A DNA stretch of 64,000 nucleotides from Thermoleophilaceae bacterium (GTDB lineage Bacteria; Actinomycetota; Thermoleophilia; Solirubrobacterales; Thermoleophilaceae): the NCBI GenBank assembly GCA_036259535.1, contig DATABO010000065.1:13624-77623 (forward strand), written 5' to 3'. Below the pieces are notes generated by a model, which was not told the origin of the DNA, made no database searches, and worked only from the letters and a program-made list of their open reading frames with translations. Shown here in pieces: positions 41,664 through 49,715 of the stretch. Numbering within the stretch: position 1 is the stretch's first letter; each line of letters opens with the position of its first letter. The translations under genes were made by a program, and so were the position numbers.

Positions 41664-42398
41664 GTGTCGCTGCTTCGCCTGCAATCGGTCACCAAGTCGT
41701 ACTGGCGCGGGCCGCGCGAGCTGCGCGTGCTGCGCGCAGTCTCCCTGGAGGTCCCCGCCGGCGCGCTCGTGTCCGTCTACGGCCAGCGCAACGCGGGCAA
41801 GACGGCGCTGCTGGAGATAGCGGCGGGCTTCCAACGGCCCAGCGCCGGCAAGGTGACGTTCGACGGAGCCGATCTCGCGGCCCTCTCGCCGCGTCAGCTC
41901 GCGCGGGTCCACCGCGAACGAATCGGCTGGGTCGAGCGGGCCGGCCCGCAGCTGCCCGACCTCACGGTCGAGGACTACGTCGCGCTTGGCCTATATCGCG
42001 ACCTCGGCCCGAGCCGCGCGCACCGACGCGCGTCGGAGGCCCTCCACGCATACGACGTCGGGAGCTGCGCGGGCGAGCGCTGGAGCGATCTCTCCGACGC
42101 GGCGCGGATCCTCTGCGCGATCGCGCAGGCAACGGTCCGCGGCCCCAAGCTGCTGATCGCCGACGACCCCACCGCCGGGCTTGGGATCCTCGACCGCGAG
42201 CGAGTCTGCTCCGTCCTGCGCGCGGAGGCCGAGCAGCACGGTCGCGCCGTCCTGACGGCCGTGCCGGACATGTCGGCGATGCTTCAGGCGCACGAGGTGC
42301 GGCTGCTGACCCGCGGTCGCCTGCTTGCTCCCGCTGAGCGGCCTCTGGAGACGGGCGCGACGGTGCTCGAGTTCCCGGACGGCCGGCGCTCGGCCTGA
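41664..42398 (+). CDS. ABC-transporter ATP-binding protein, orphan, degenerate signature motif
   Basis: Walker A is GQRNAGKT and Walker B is LLIADDPTAGL. LSDAARILCAIAQA sits in place of LSGGQ. GTG at 41664 after GAGGAGGG. No permease gene adjacent. Confidence 0.8.
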   Translation: MSLLRLQSVTKSYWRGPRELRVLRAVSLEVPAGALVSVYGQRNAGKTALLEIAAGFQRPSAGKVTFDGADLAALSPRQLARVHRERIGWVERAGPQLPDLTVEDYVALGLYRDLGPSRAHRRASEALHAYDVGSCAGERWSDLSDAARILCAIAQATVRGPKLLIADDPTAGLGILDRERVCSVLRAEAEQHGRAVLTAVPDMSAMLQAHEVRLLTRGRLLAPAERPLETGATVLEFPDGRRSA

Positions 42399-42402
42399 GC
42401 GG

Positions 42403-43377
42403 TCAAGGCAGACGCCGCGCGTACCAGTCGTAGGTGCGACGCAGGCCCGCGTCGAGCGCGACGCGCGGCTCCCAGCCGAGCTCGGCGCGAATCGCGCTCG
42501 AATCGAGGTACTGACGGTCGATCTCACCGTGCGGCGTGCCGTCGCCCTGGACGTCGGGTGTCGCCTCCAAGCCGGACACGGCGATCAGCCGATCGACGAT
42601 CTCGCGCACGGCGAGCGGCGATCCCCAGCCCGCGTTCCAGGCCCGTCCGCGCAGCGACTCGTCGTCGAGCGAGCGCGCGACCGCCAGGTAGGCCTCGACG
42701 GCGTCCTCGACGTAGAGATAGTCGCGCTCCGGCGTGCCGTCCGAGCGGATGACCGGTGCGTCGCCCCTGGCCAACGCGCGACAGCTGTCGGGGACGATCC
42801 GCGACCAGTTCAAATCGCCGCCGCCGTAGACGTTGGCCAGGCGCGTCACGCCGACGGGCATCCCGTAGGTCGCGGCGAAGCTGCGCGCGATCATGTCCGT
42901 GCAGGCCTTCGAGACGTCGTAGGGGAACGTCGGCTGGAGCGCGAAGTCCTCGCGGTACGGCAGCTCGTCGTGCGAGCCATAGGCCTTGTCCGACGAGGCC
43001 ACGACGATCCGCGTCGCCGTCCCCGCAACCCGGCACGCCTCCAGCAGCACGTAGGTGCCGCGAACGTTGGCCTCGAACGTCGACAGCGGCGAGCGGTTGG
43101 CGGTCCCGACGATCGTCTGGGCGGCGAGGTGGAAGACGGCGTCGACGGCGTGCTCGTTGAGCACGCGCGTCAGGGCCTCGTAGTCCTGGACGTCGGCGGC
43201 CACGATCACGCACCGCTCCTCGATCCCGTCGGTGCGAAAGCGGGCGTCGGGCTCGAAGTCGCGCCGCGGCACCACCACCCGCGCGCCCTCCTCGAGCAGC
43301 CGCTCGGCGAGCCACGCCCCGATGAACCCCTGGGCGCCCGTCAGGAGGACGGTCGAGCCCGCCGGATCCCAACTCAC
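42403..43377 (-). CDS. NAD-dependent epimerase/dehydratase (CDP-glucose 4,6-dehydratase-like)
   Basis: 324 aa. Rossmann motif LLTGAQGFIGAWL and catalytic YDVSK. Confidence 0.9.
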   Translation of the reverse strand: MSWDPAGSTVLLTGAQGFIGAWLAERLLEEGARVVVPRRDFEPDARFRTDGIEERCVIVAADVQDYEALTRVLNEHAVDAVFHLAAQTIVGTANRSPLSTFEANVRGTYVLLEACRVAGTATRIVVASSDKAYGSHDELPYREDFALQPTFPYDVSKACTDMIARSFAATYGMPVGVTRLANVYGGGDLNWSRIVPDSCRALARGDAPVIRSDGTPERDYLYVEDAVEAYLAVARSLDDESLRGRAWNAGWGSPLAVREIVDRLIAVSGLEATPDVQGDGTPHGEIDRQYLDSSAIRAELGWEPRVALDAGLRRTYDWYARRLP

Positions 43378-43394
43378 TGTGGAGCGGCGCAGGC

Positions 43395-43670
43395 TCAGCC
43401 GCCGGCGACGGCCGGCAGGATGGTGACCTCGTCGCCGTCGTCGACGGCGGTGTCGAGGCCATCGAGGAAGCGGATGTCCTCCCCGCCGACGTAGACGTTG
43501 ACGAAGCGGCGCAGGCCGCCGTCCTCGGCGATCCGGTCGCGCAGGCCGTCGAAGCGGTCGTAAAGACCGTCGAGCACCTCGCCGACCGTGGTCGCCTCGT
43601 CGACGGCCGTCTCGGCCTCGCCGCCGGTGACGCTGCGTAGCTGCGTTGGAATCTTGACCGTGACGCTCAT
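43395..43670 (-). CDS. ThiS/MoaD-family sulfur-carrier protein (C-terminal Gly-Gly)
   Basis: 91 aa ending ..EVTILPAVAGG-stop. Lies 25 nt downstream of the thrC-like gene. Confidence 0.85.
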   Translation of the reverse strand: MSVTVKIPTQLRSVTGGEAETAVDEATTVGEVLDGLYDRFDGLRDRIAEDGGLRRFVNVYVGGEDIRFLDGLDTAVDDGDEVTILPAVAGG

Positions 43671-43695
43671 ATCTCGGCGCGCGAGTCTACAGCCG

Positions 43696-44931
43696 CTAGG
43701 CGACGGCTCCGACGCCCGCCGCGCTGGCGAACGACTCGGCCGTCGGGTCGACGTCGATCGTCTGGAAGCTGCCGCGCACCGCGTCGAGCGTCTTCAGGCC
43801 CTCGCCGGTGATCACCAGGACGACGCGCTCGTCGCGGCCGATCTCGCCACGCTCGGCGAGCTTCGCCAGCGTCGCGGTGGTCACCCCGCCCGCCGTCTCG
43901 GTGAAGATCCCGGTCGTCTCGGCGAGCAGCCGGATGCCGGCGCGGATCTCGTCGTCGGTCACGGAGTCGACGCCCCCCTCGGTGCGCCGGGCGAGGTCGA
44001 GCGCGTACGGGCCATCGGCGGGGTTGCCGATTGCCAGCGACTTGGCGATCGTCTCGGGCTTGACCGGAGCGCAGAAGTCGCGCCCGGCCTCGTAGGCCTG
44101 GGCGACCGGCGAGCAGCCCTCGGCCTGCCCGCCGTTGAACTTCGGCAGCTCGCCCTCAACCAAGCCGACCTCGCCCCACTCCTCGAAGCCGCGGGCGATC
44201 TTCGTGAACAGCGAGCCGGAGGCGACGGGCACGACCACGCGGTCGGGCAGCTCCCAGCCGAGCTGCTCGGCGATCTCGTAGCCGACCGTCTTCGACCCCT
44301 CGGAGTAGTACGGCCTCATGTTGACGTTGACGAACGCCCAGTCGCGCTCGCCGGAGAGCTCGGTGCAGAGCCGGTTGACGTCGTCGTAGTTGCCGTCGAC
44401 GGCGACGAGGTTGGTGCCGTAGACGCCGGTCGCGAGGATCTTCTGCTCCTCGAGGTCTGCCGGCACGAAGACATAGGACTCCAGGCCCGCTGCGGCCGCA
44501 TGGGCGGCGACGGCGTTGGCGAGGTTGCCCGTCGACGCGCAGGCGACGACCTCGTAGCCGAGCTCCTGCGCCTTCGCCAGCGCAACCGTCACGACGCGGT
44601 CCTTGAACGAGTGGGTCGGGTTGGCGGCGTCGTTCTTGACCCAGACCTCGCCGAGGCCGAGGCGCTCGGCGAGCCGGTCCGCGCGTACCAGCGGCGTCAC
44701 CCCGGCGGCCAGCGCCGTGCGCGGCTGCGACTCGAACGGCAGGAAGTCCGAGTAGCGCCAGATCGACTGGGGGCCCGCCTGGATCTTGCGCCGCGTCTCG
44801 GCGGCGTCGAGCCCGGAGAAGTCGTACGCCACCTCGAGCGGCCCGAAGCAGTCGTCGCAGACGTAGCGCGCCTCGAGCGGATAGGTGGTCCCGCACTCCT
44901 TGCACTTCAGCGCTTCTAGAGCCATGCCCAT
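43696..44931 (-). CDS. Threonine-synthase-family PLP enzyme with N-terminal zinc ribbon (MetM/homocysteine-synthase candidate)
   Basis: MGMALEALKCKECGTTYPLEARYVCDDCFGPLEV is the Zn ribbon. PLP lysine motif NPTHSFKDR. ATG at 44931 after GAAGGGA. The track ORF to 45000 is over-extended. Confidence 0.9.
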   Translation of the reverse strand: MGMALEALKCKECGTTYPLEARYVCDDCFGPLEVAYDFSGLDAAETRRKIQAGPQSIWRYSDFLPFESQPRTALAAGVTPLVRADRLAERLGLGEVWVKNDAANPTHSFKDRVVTVALAKAQELGYEVVACASTGNLANAVAAHAAAAGLESYVFVPADLEEQKILATGVYGTNLVAVDGNYDDVNRLCTELSGERDWAFVNVNMRPYYSEGSKTVGYEIAEQLGWELPDRVVVPVASGSLFTKIARGFEEWGEVGLVEGELPKFNGGQAEGCSPVAQAYEAGRDFCAPVKPETIAKSLAIGNPADGPYALDLARRTEGGVDSVTDDEIRAGIRLLAETTGIFTETAGGVTTATLAKLAERGEIGRDERVVLVITGEGLKTLDAVRGSFQTIDVDPTAESFASAAGVGAVA

Positions 44932-44992
44932 GGTCCCTTCAATGTCGAAAGCCTCCGCCGCGTTGCTCGTGACGGAGGCCTCTGAAGGGCTT

Positions 44993-45112
44993 CGCCACAT
45001 CTTTCAGGCCCGTGGGCCTGATGGACTTGGCACCTTTCCCTGCGACCTTGGTCGCCTGGATGGTTGCCGGGGTTTCGTAGGGCCATTTCCCTCCACCCCT
45101 CTGGATGCGTGC
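44993..45112 (-). promoter_or_regulatory. SAM-I (S-box) riboswitch aptamer
   Basis: The minus strand reads CAUCCAGAGGGGUGGAGGGAAAUGGCCCUACGAAACCCCGGCAACC...AAAGGUGCCAAGUCCAUCAGGCCCACGGGCCUGAAAGAUG. This matches the SAM-I core almost position for position. CCCUUCA downstream (44983-44989) can pair with the UGAAGGG SD. Confidence 0.88.
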
Positions 45113-45217
45113 GGCTATGTCAGTGCAAGCAGGATAGCGAGCGCGAGGATGGATGCAAGGCCGGGGGTAGAATCAATCCCGTGACGGCCCCCAGCGAAGA
45201 CCCGCTTAGTCCGAGCC

Positions 45218-46243
45218 ATGCCGAGCATTCCCAGGCCACGCCTGCGGCGAACGCCGCGCATCGGACCCGACTCCGGGCCGTCGACCGCTGCTCCTGAGCC
45301 GAACGTAGAGATCGTCGAGTGGAGCGGCGGCGGCGCTGTCGACGTCCCCGCGCGCCCGCTGCGCTGGATCAACATCGAGCGTCCCGGCCCGGTCGACCGC
45401 GCCTGGCTGCAGGAGCACTTCGACTTCCACCCGCTCGACTACGAGGACGTCGCCTCGCGCAACCAGCGGCCGAAGATCGACGAGTACCCCGACTACCTGT
45501 TCATCGTCCTGCACTTCCCCGTCTACGACAAGTCGGTCGGCCGCCTGAACACCGCCGAGCTGGACATGTTCGTCGGGCCGGACTTCCTGATCACGCTGCC
45601 GAACCGTCCGATCCCGCCCGTCGAGTACCTCTTCGAGCGCTGTCGCAGCTCCGACGAGATGCTCGAGCAGCTGCTCTCCAAGGGGCCCGGCTACCTGCTC
45701 TACAAGATCGTCGACGACTCCTTCGACTACTGCTTCCCGATGCTGCGCAAGATGGGCAACAAGCTCGAGCAGGTCGAGGAGGACATCTTCCTCGGCCGTT
45801 CCGAGGAGCTGGTGCGCGACATCTCCAACGTCAAGCAGGAGATCATCAACTTCCGCAAGATCATCCGGCCGCAGCGCTCGACGCTGCGCGACCTCGAGCG
45901 GACCAAGCAGCGCTACATGGCCGCCGACCTCGACGTCTACTTCGACGACATCCAGGACGCCTCAGAGCGGATCTGGGACATGCTCGAGAACTACAAGGAG
46001 GTCGTCGAGGCGCTCGAGGACTCGAACGAGTCGGTGATCTCGCACCGCGTCAACGACATCCTGCGCGTGCTGACCTCGATCAGCGTCATGGTGCTGCCGT
46101 TGACGCTGGTGGCGAGCCTCTGGGGAATGAACGTCGGCGTGCCGGGCGAGGGATCGAACGCGGCCTTCTGGGTCGTGCTGGGCGCGATGGTCGCGCTGCT
46201 GCTCGGGATGCTGGGCTACTTCCGGCGGCGGGGCTGGCTGTAG
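45218..46243 (+). CDS. corA: Magnesium/cobalt transporter CorA
   Basis: 341 aa. C-terminal LTLVASLWGMNVGVP (GMN signature) plus two TMs. The N-terminal 30 aa are uncertain. Confidence 0.9.
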   Translation: MPSIPRPRLRRTPRIGPDSGPSTAAPEPNVEIVEWSGGGAVDVPARPLRWINIERPGPVDRAWLQEHFDFHPLDYEDVASRNQRPKIDEYPDYLFIVLHFPVYDKSVGRLNTAELDMFVGPDFLITLPNRPIPPVEYLFERCRSSDEMLEQLLSKGPGYLLYKIVDDSFDYCFPMLRKMGNKLEQVEEDIFLGRSEELVRDISNVKQEIINFRKIIRPQRSTLRDLERTKQRYMAADLDVYFDDIQDASERIWDMLENYKEVVEALEDSNESVISHRVNDILRVLTSISVMVLPLTLVASLWGMNVGVPGEGSNAAFWVVLGAMVALLLGMLGYFRRRGWL

Positions 46244-46254
46244 CCTCTCGCCGC

Positions 46255-47631
46255 GTGACCGAGATAGACGCAGGGATCTTCAAGGCCTACGACGTCCGTG
46301 GCCTCTACGGCTCCCAGATCGACGAGGCCACCGCATACGCCATCGGACGCGGCTTCGCCCGTGTCCTGGCCGGGATGTACGACACCCAGCCACGCGCGCT
46401 GCGCCTCGCGCTCGGGCGCGACATGCGCCTGACGGCGCCCGCCCTGGCCGCCGAGTACGCGCGCGGAATGAGCGACGAGGGGGCCGCGGTGCTCGACATC
46501 GGGATGGTCGGCACCGAGATGCTCTACTGGACGGTCGGCTCGCGCGAGCTCGACGGCGGCCTGATGTGCACCGCCTCGCACAATCCCAAGGCCTACACCG
46601 GGGCGAAGCTGGTCGGTCGCGGCGCGCTGGCGCTGTCCGGCGATGCAGGGATCGGCGAGCTGCGCGAGCTGCTGACCGGCGTCGCGCTCGGCGAGCCGGA
46701 CGGCCCCTCGGGGACGATCGAGCGCGAGGACGTCTACGACCGGTTCGGCCGCGACGCGCTCGCCTGGATCGATCCCGACGCCGTCGCACCCCTGAGGGTC
46801 GTGCTCGACGGCGGCAACGGGATGGCCGGGCCGCTCTGCGGACCGCTGCTGGATGCTCTCCCGATCGATCAGGTGCAGCTGTACTGGAAGCCCGACGGCG
46901 AGTTCCCAGATCACGAGCCGAACCCGTTGCTCGAGGAGAACCGGCGCTTCATCGTCGACAAGGTGCGCGCCGAGGGCGCCGACCTCGGCATCGCCTGGGA
47001 CGGGGACGCCGACCGCTGCTTCTTCATCGACGGAAGCGGGACGTTCGTAGACGGTGACTTCCTGACCGTACTGCTCGCGAAGTCGATCCTCGAGCGCGAG
47101 CCCGGCGCGACGATCCTCTACGACGTGCGAGCCAGTCGCGCGGTACGAGACGTCGTCGAGCAGGCCGGCGGGACGGCGCGCGTGAACCGCGTCGGCCACG
47201 CGTTCTTCAAGACGCGGATGCGCGACGAGGGAGCCGCCTTCGGCGGCGAGGTATCGGGCCACTACTACTTCCGCGACTTCTACTGCGCCGACTCCGGGAC
47301 CTTGCCGGCGCTGCTGATCCTCGAGCTGCTCTCGAAGGAGGGTCGGACGCTGGCGGAGCTGCTCGCCGACCTGCGCGACCGGTACTTCATCTCTGGCGAG
47401 ATCAACTCCGAGGTCGCCGACCAGTGGGCGAAGATGGACGAGATCGCCGCGCGCTACTCCGACGGCGAGGTCTCGTGGCTCGACGGGGTGTCGGTCGACT
47501 ACGACGACTGGCACTTCAACGTGCGCCCGTCGAACACCGAGCCGCTGCTGCGGCTCAACCTCGAGTCGCTCGTCTCCCCCGAGCACATGGCAGCCAAGCG
47601 CGACGAGCTGCTCGGGCTGATCAGGTCGTGA
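46255..47631 (+). CDS. Phosphomannomutase/phosphoglucomutase
   Basis: VTEIDAGIFKAYDVRGLYG... Active-site loop CTASHNPKAYTGAK. Metal loop AWDGDADRC. GTG at 46255. The track ORF from 45319 is an out-of-frame extension over corA. Confidence 0.92.
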   Translation: MTEIDAGIFKAYDVRGLYGSQIDEATAYAIGRGFARVLAGMYDTQPRALRLALGRDMRLTAPALAAEYARGMSDEGAAVLDIGMVGTEMLYWTVGSRELDGGLMCTASHNPKAYTGAKLVGRGALALSGDAGIGELRELLTGVALGEPDGPSGTIEREDVYDRFGRDALAWIDPDAVAPLRVVLDGGNGMAGPLCGPLLDALPIDQVQLYWKPDGEFPDHEPNPLLEENRRFIVDKVRAEGADLGIAWDGDADRCFFIDGSGTFVDGDFLTVLLAKSILEREPGATILYDVRASRAVRDVVEQAGGTARVNRVGHAFFKTRMRDEGAAFGGEVSGHYYFRDFYCADSGTLPALLILELLSKEGRTLAELLADLRDRYFISGEINSEVADQWAKMDEIAARYSDGEVSWLDGVSVDYDDWHFNVRPSNTEPLLRLNLESLVSPEHMAAKRDELLGLIRS

Positions 47632-48647
47632 GCACCGCGACCGAGCCAGCCGGCTTCGCCGCGGCAGCCGCGGCCGGCGTCCACCGTCTCTCGATCCCGA
47701 CCCCGTTCGCAGTCGGACGGGTCAACTGCTACCTGGTGGACGACGAGCCGCTGACGCTCGTCGACGCCGGCCCGAACTCCGGTACATCGTTCGACGAGCT
47801 GACCCAGGGCCTCGCGGCGCTCGGGAGGTCGCTCGAGGAGATCGAGCTGGTGGTCATCACCCACCAGCACATCGACCACCTCGGGCTGGTCGGGCTGGTC
47901 GCCGCGCGCTCGGGCGCCGAGGTGGCGACGATCGACCGCGCCGTGCCGATGGTCGAGCGCTTCGCCGAGGAGATGCAGGCCGACGACGACTTCGCGACCG
48001 CCACGATGCTCCGCCACGGGATCCCGGAGGACGTAGTGCGCGCGCTGCAGTCGGTCTCGCGCGCGTTCCGGGCCTGGGGCGCGGCGGCGAGGGTGACCCG
48101 CGTGCTGCACGACGGTGACGAGCTGGCGTTTAGGGACCGCACGTGGAAGGTCCACTGGCGTCCCGGGCACTCCCCCACCGACACCGTCTTCGAGGACGCC
48201 GAGCGGCGAACGCTGATCGCCGCCGACCACCTGCTCGGTCACATCTCGTCCAACCCGCTGATCACGCGACCGCTCGACGGAGGCGCCGAGCGCCCGCAGG
48301 CGCTGGTGACCTATCTCGACTCGCTGACCAAGACGCGGGCGATGGACGTCGACCTGGTCCTTCCCGGTCACGGCGACCCGGTCACCGACCACCGCGCGCT
48401 GATCGACGAGCGCTTCGCCCTCCACCGCCGCCGCGCCGACAAGCTCCACCGGCTGATCCACGAGCGGCCGCGCAGCGCCTACGAGCTGGCGCAGGCGCTG
48501 TGGGGGAACATCGCCGTGACCCAGGCCTACCTGACGCTCAGCGAGGTCCTCGGGCACACCGACCTGCTGCTCAACGAGGGTCGCGTTCGCGAGGCCGAGG
48601 AGGGCGACACTGTCCGCTTCGAGTCGTTGAGCGCTCCCGGGCCGTAA
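47628..48647 (+). CDS. MBL-fold metallo-hydrolase (339 aa)
   Basis: VITHQHIDHLGL is the HxHxDH motif. The GTG at 47628 overlaps the upstream stop (GTGA). Confidence 0.85.
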   Translation: MSTATEPAGFAAAAAAGVHRLSIPTPFAVGRVNCYLVDDEPLTLVDAGPNSGTSFDELTQGLAALGRSLEEIELVVITHQHIDHLGLVGLVAARSGAEVATIDRAVPMVERFAEEMQADDDFATATMLRHGIPEDVVRALQSVSRAFRAWGAAARVTRVLHDGDELAFRDRTWKVHWRPGHSPTDTVFEDAERRTLIAADHLLGHISSNPLITRPLDGGAERPQALVTYLDSLTKTRAMDVDLVLPGHGDPVTDHRALIDERFALHRRRADKLHRLIHERPRSAYELAQALWGNIAVTQAYLTLSEVLGHTDLLLNEGRVREAEEGDTVRFESLSAPGP

Positions 48648-48680
48648 CCGCGCGCAGGGGGCGGGGTTAGCGTTTAGCGC

Positions 48681-49688
48681 ATGCCCTCCGTGGACCCGTC
48701 GCCGACCGCCGCCAGCGAGGCCCGCGCCGAGGAGCTGGCGCAACGCCTGTCGTCGACCAGCGCCGAGAAGAAGCGGATGCTGGTGATCGTCAACCCGTAC
48801 GCGACGACCGTCTCGGACCGGCTGCGCAACCTCGTCGTCTACGCGCTGCAGGCGCGCTACGACGTCGAGGCCGTCGACACCGAGCGCCGCGATCACGCGA
48901 CCCAGATCTGCCGCGAGGCGGCCCGCGAGGGCTACGACCTCGTCGTCGCCTTCGGCGGCGACGGCACGGTCAACGAGGCGGCCAACGGGCTGCTCGGCTC
49001 CGACACGCCGCTGAGCTGCCTGCCCGGCGGGGCGACCAACGTCTTCCACCGCACGCTCGGCATCCCCGCCGACGTGGTCGACGCGACCGAGTACCTGCTG
49101 GCGCTCGCCGACGACTTCCGACCGCGCAAGGTCGATCTCGGGCTGGTCAACGGACGAGCGTTCGTCTTCTCCTCGGGAGTCGGCCTCGACGCCAGCGTCG
49201 TCGAGCGTGTCGACGCCCACCCGCGGCTCAAGGCGCGCCTGGGGCCCTACTACTACTCGTGGGCGGCCATCTCGACCTTCAACCGCCGCTACCTCGTCAA
49301 GCCGCCGCGGATGTGCGTCACCGTCGCCGGCGAGAGCGTGGACGCGGTCACGGTGATCGCCCAGAACTCCGATCCGTTCACCTACTTCGGGCCGCGCCCG
49401 ATCCGGGTCTGCGAGGGCGCGGGCCTCGACACCGGATCGCTCGGCGTCGCCGTCCTGCGCAAGGCGACACCACTCGAGCTGCCGACGCTGATCCCACGCC
49501 TCTTCTCAGGAAGCGCGCGGACCGTCTCCAAGCACCGCCAGATCACGCCCTTCCCAGCCGTCGCCGAGGCGCTCGTCGAGAGCGCCGACGGTCGCCCGCT
49601 GCCGGTCCAGGTCGACGGCGACTACATCGGCGAGGAGCAGTCGGTCCGCTTCAGCGCCGCCCCGCACGCGCTGACGGTCGTGTCCTGA
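48681..49688 (+). CDS. Diacylglycerol-kinase-family lipid kinase (YegS/BmrU-like)
   Basis: 335 aa. The motif VVAFGGDGTVNEAANGL is typical of DAGK_cat. Confidence 0.88.
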   Translation: MPSVDPSPTAASEARAEELAQRLSSTSAEKKRMLVIVNPYATTVSDRLRNLVVYALQARYDVEAVDTERRDHATQICREAAREGYDLVVAFGGDGTVNEAANGLLGSDTPLSCLPGGATNVFHRTLGIPADVVDATEYLLALADDFRPRKVDLGLVNGRAFVFSSGVGLDASVVERVDAHPRLKARLGPYYYSWAAISTFNRRYLVKPPRMCVTVAGESVDAVTVIAQNSDPFTYFGPRPIRVCEGAGLDTGSLGVAVLRKATPLELPTLIPRLFSGSARTVSKHRQITPFPAVAEALVESADGRPLPVQVDGDYIGEEQSVRFSAAPHALTVVS

Positions 49689-49715
49689 GGCGCCAGAGGC
49701 GCCGGCTATAGGGCC

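Noticed and set aside
45319-46254. N-terminal 312 aa of the 770-aa track ORF (45319-47631).
   Set aside because: This part runs out of frame over corA and is Arg/Pro-rich. The real phosphomannomutase starts at the GTG at 46255 (VTEIDAGIFKAYDVRG).
47499-49220. 573-aa minus-strand ORF; also 49836-52079 (+) and 55623-57548 (+).
   Set aside because: They are antisense to the MBL hydrolase/DAG kinase genes, relA and secDF respectively, and have no recognisable domains.
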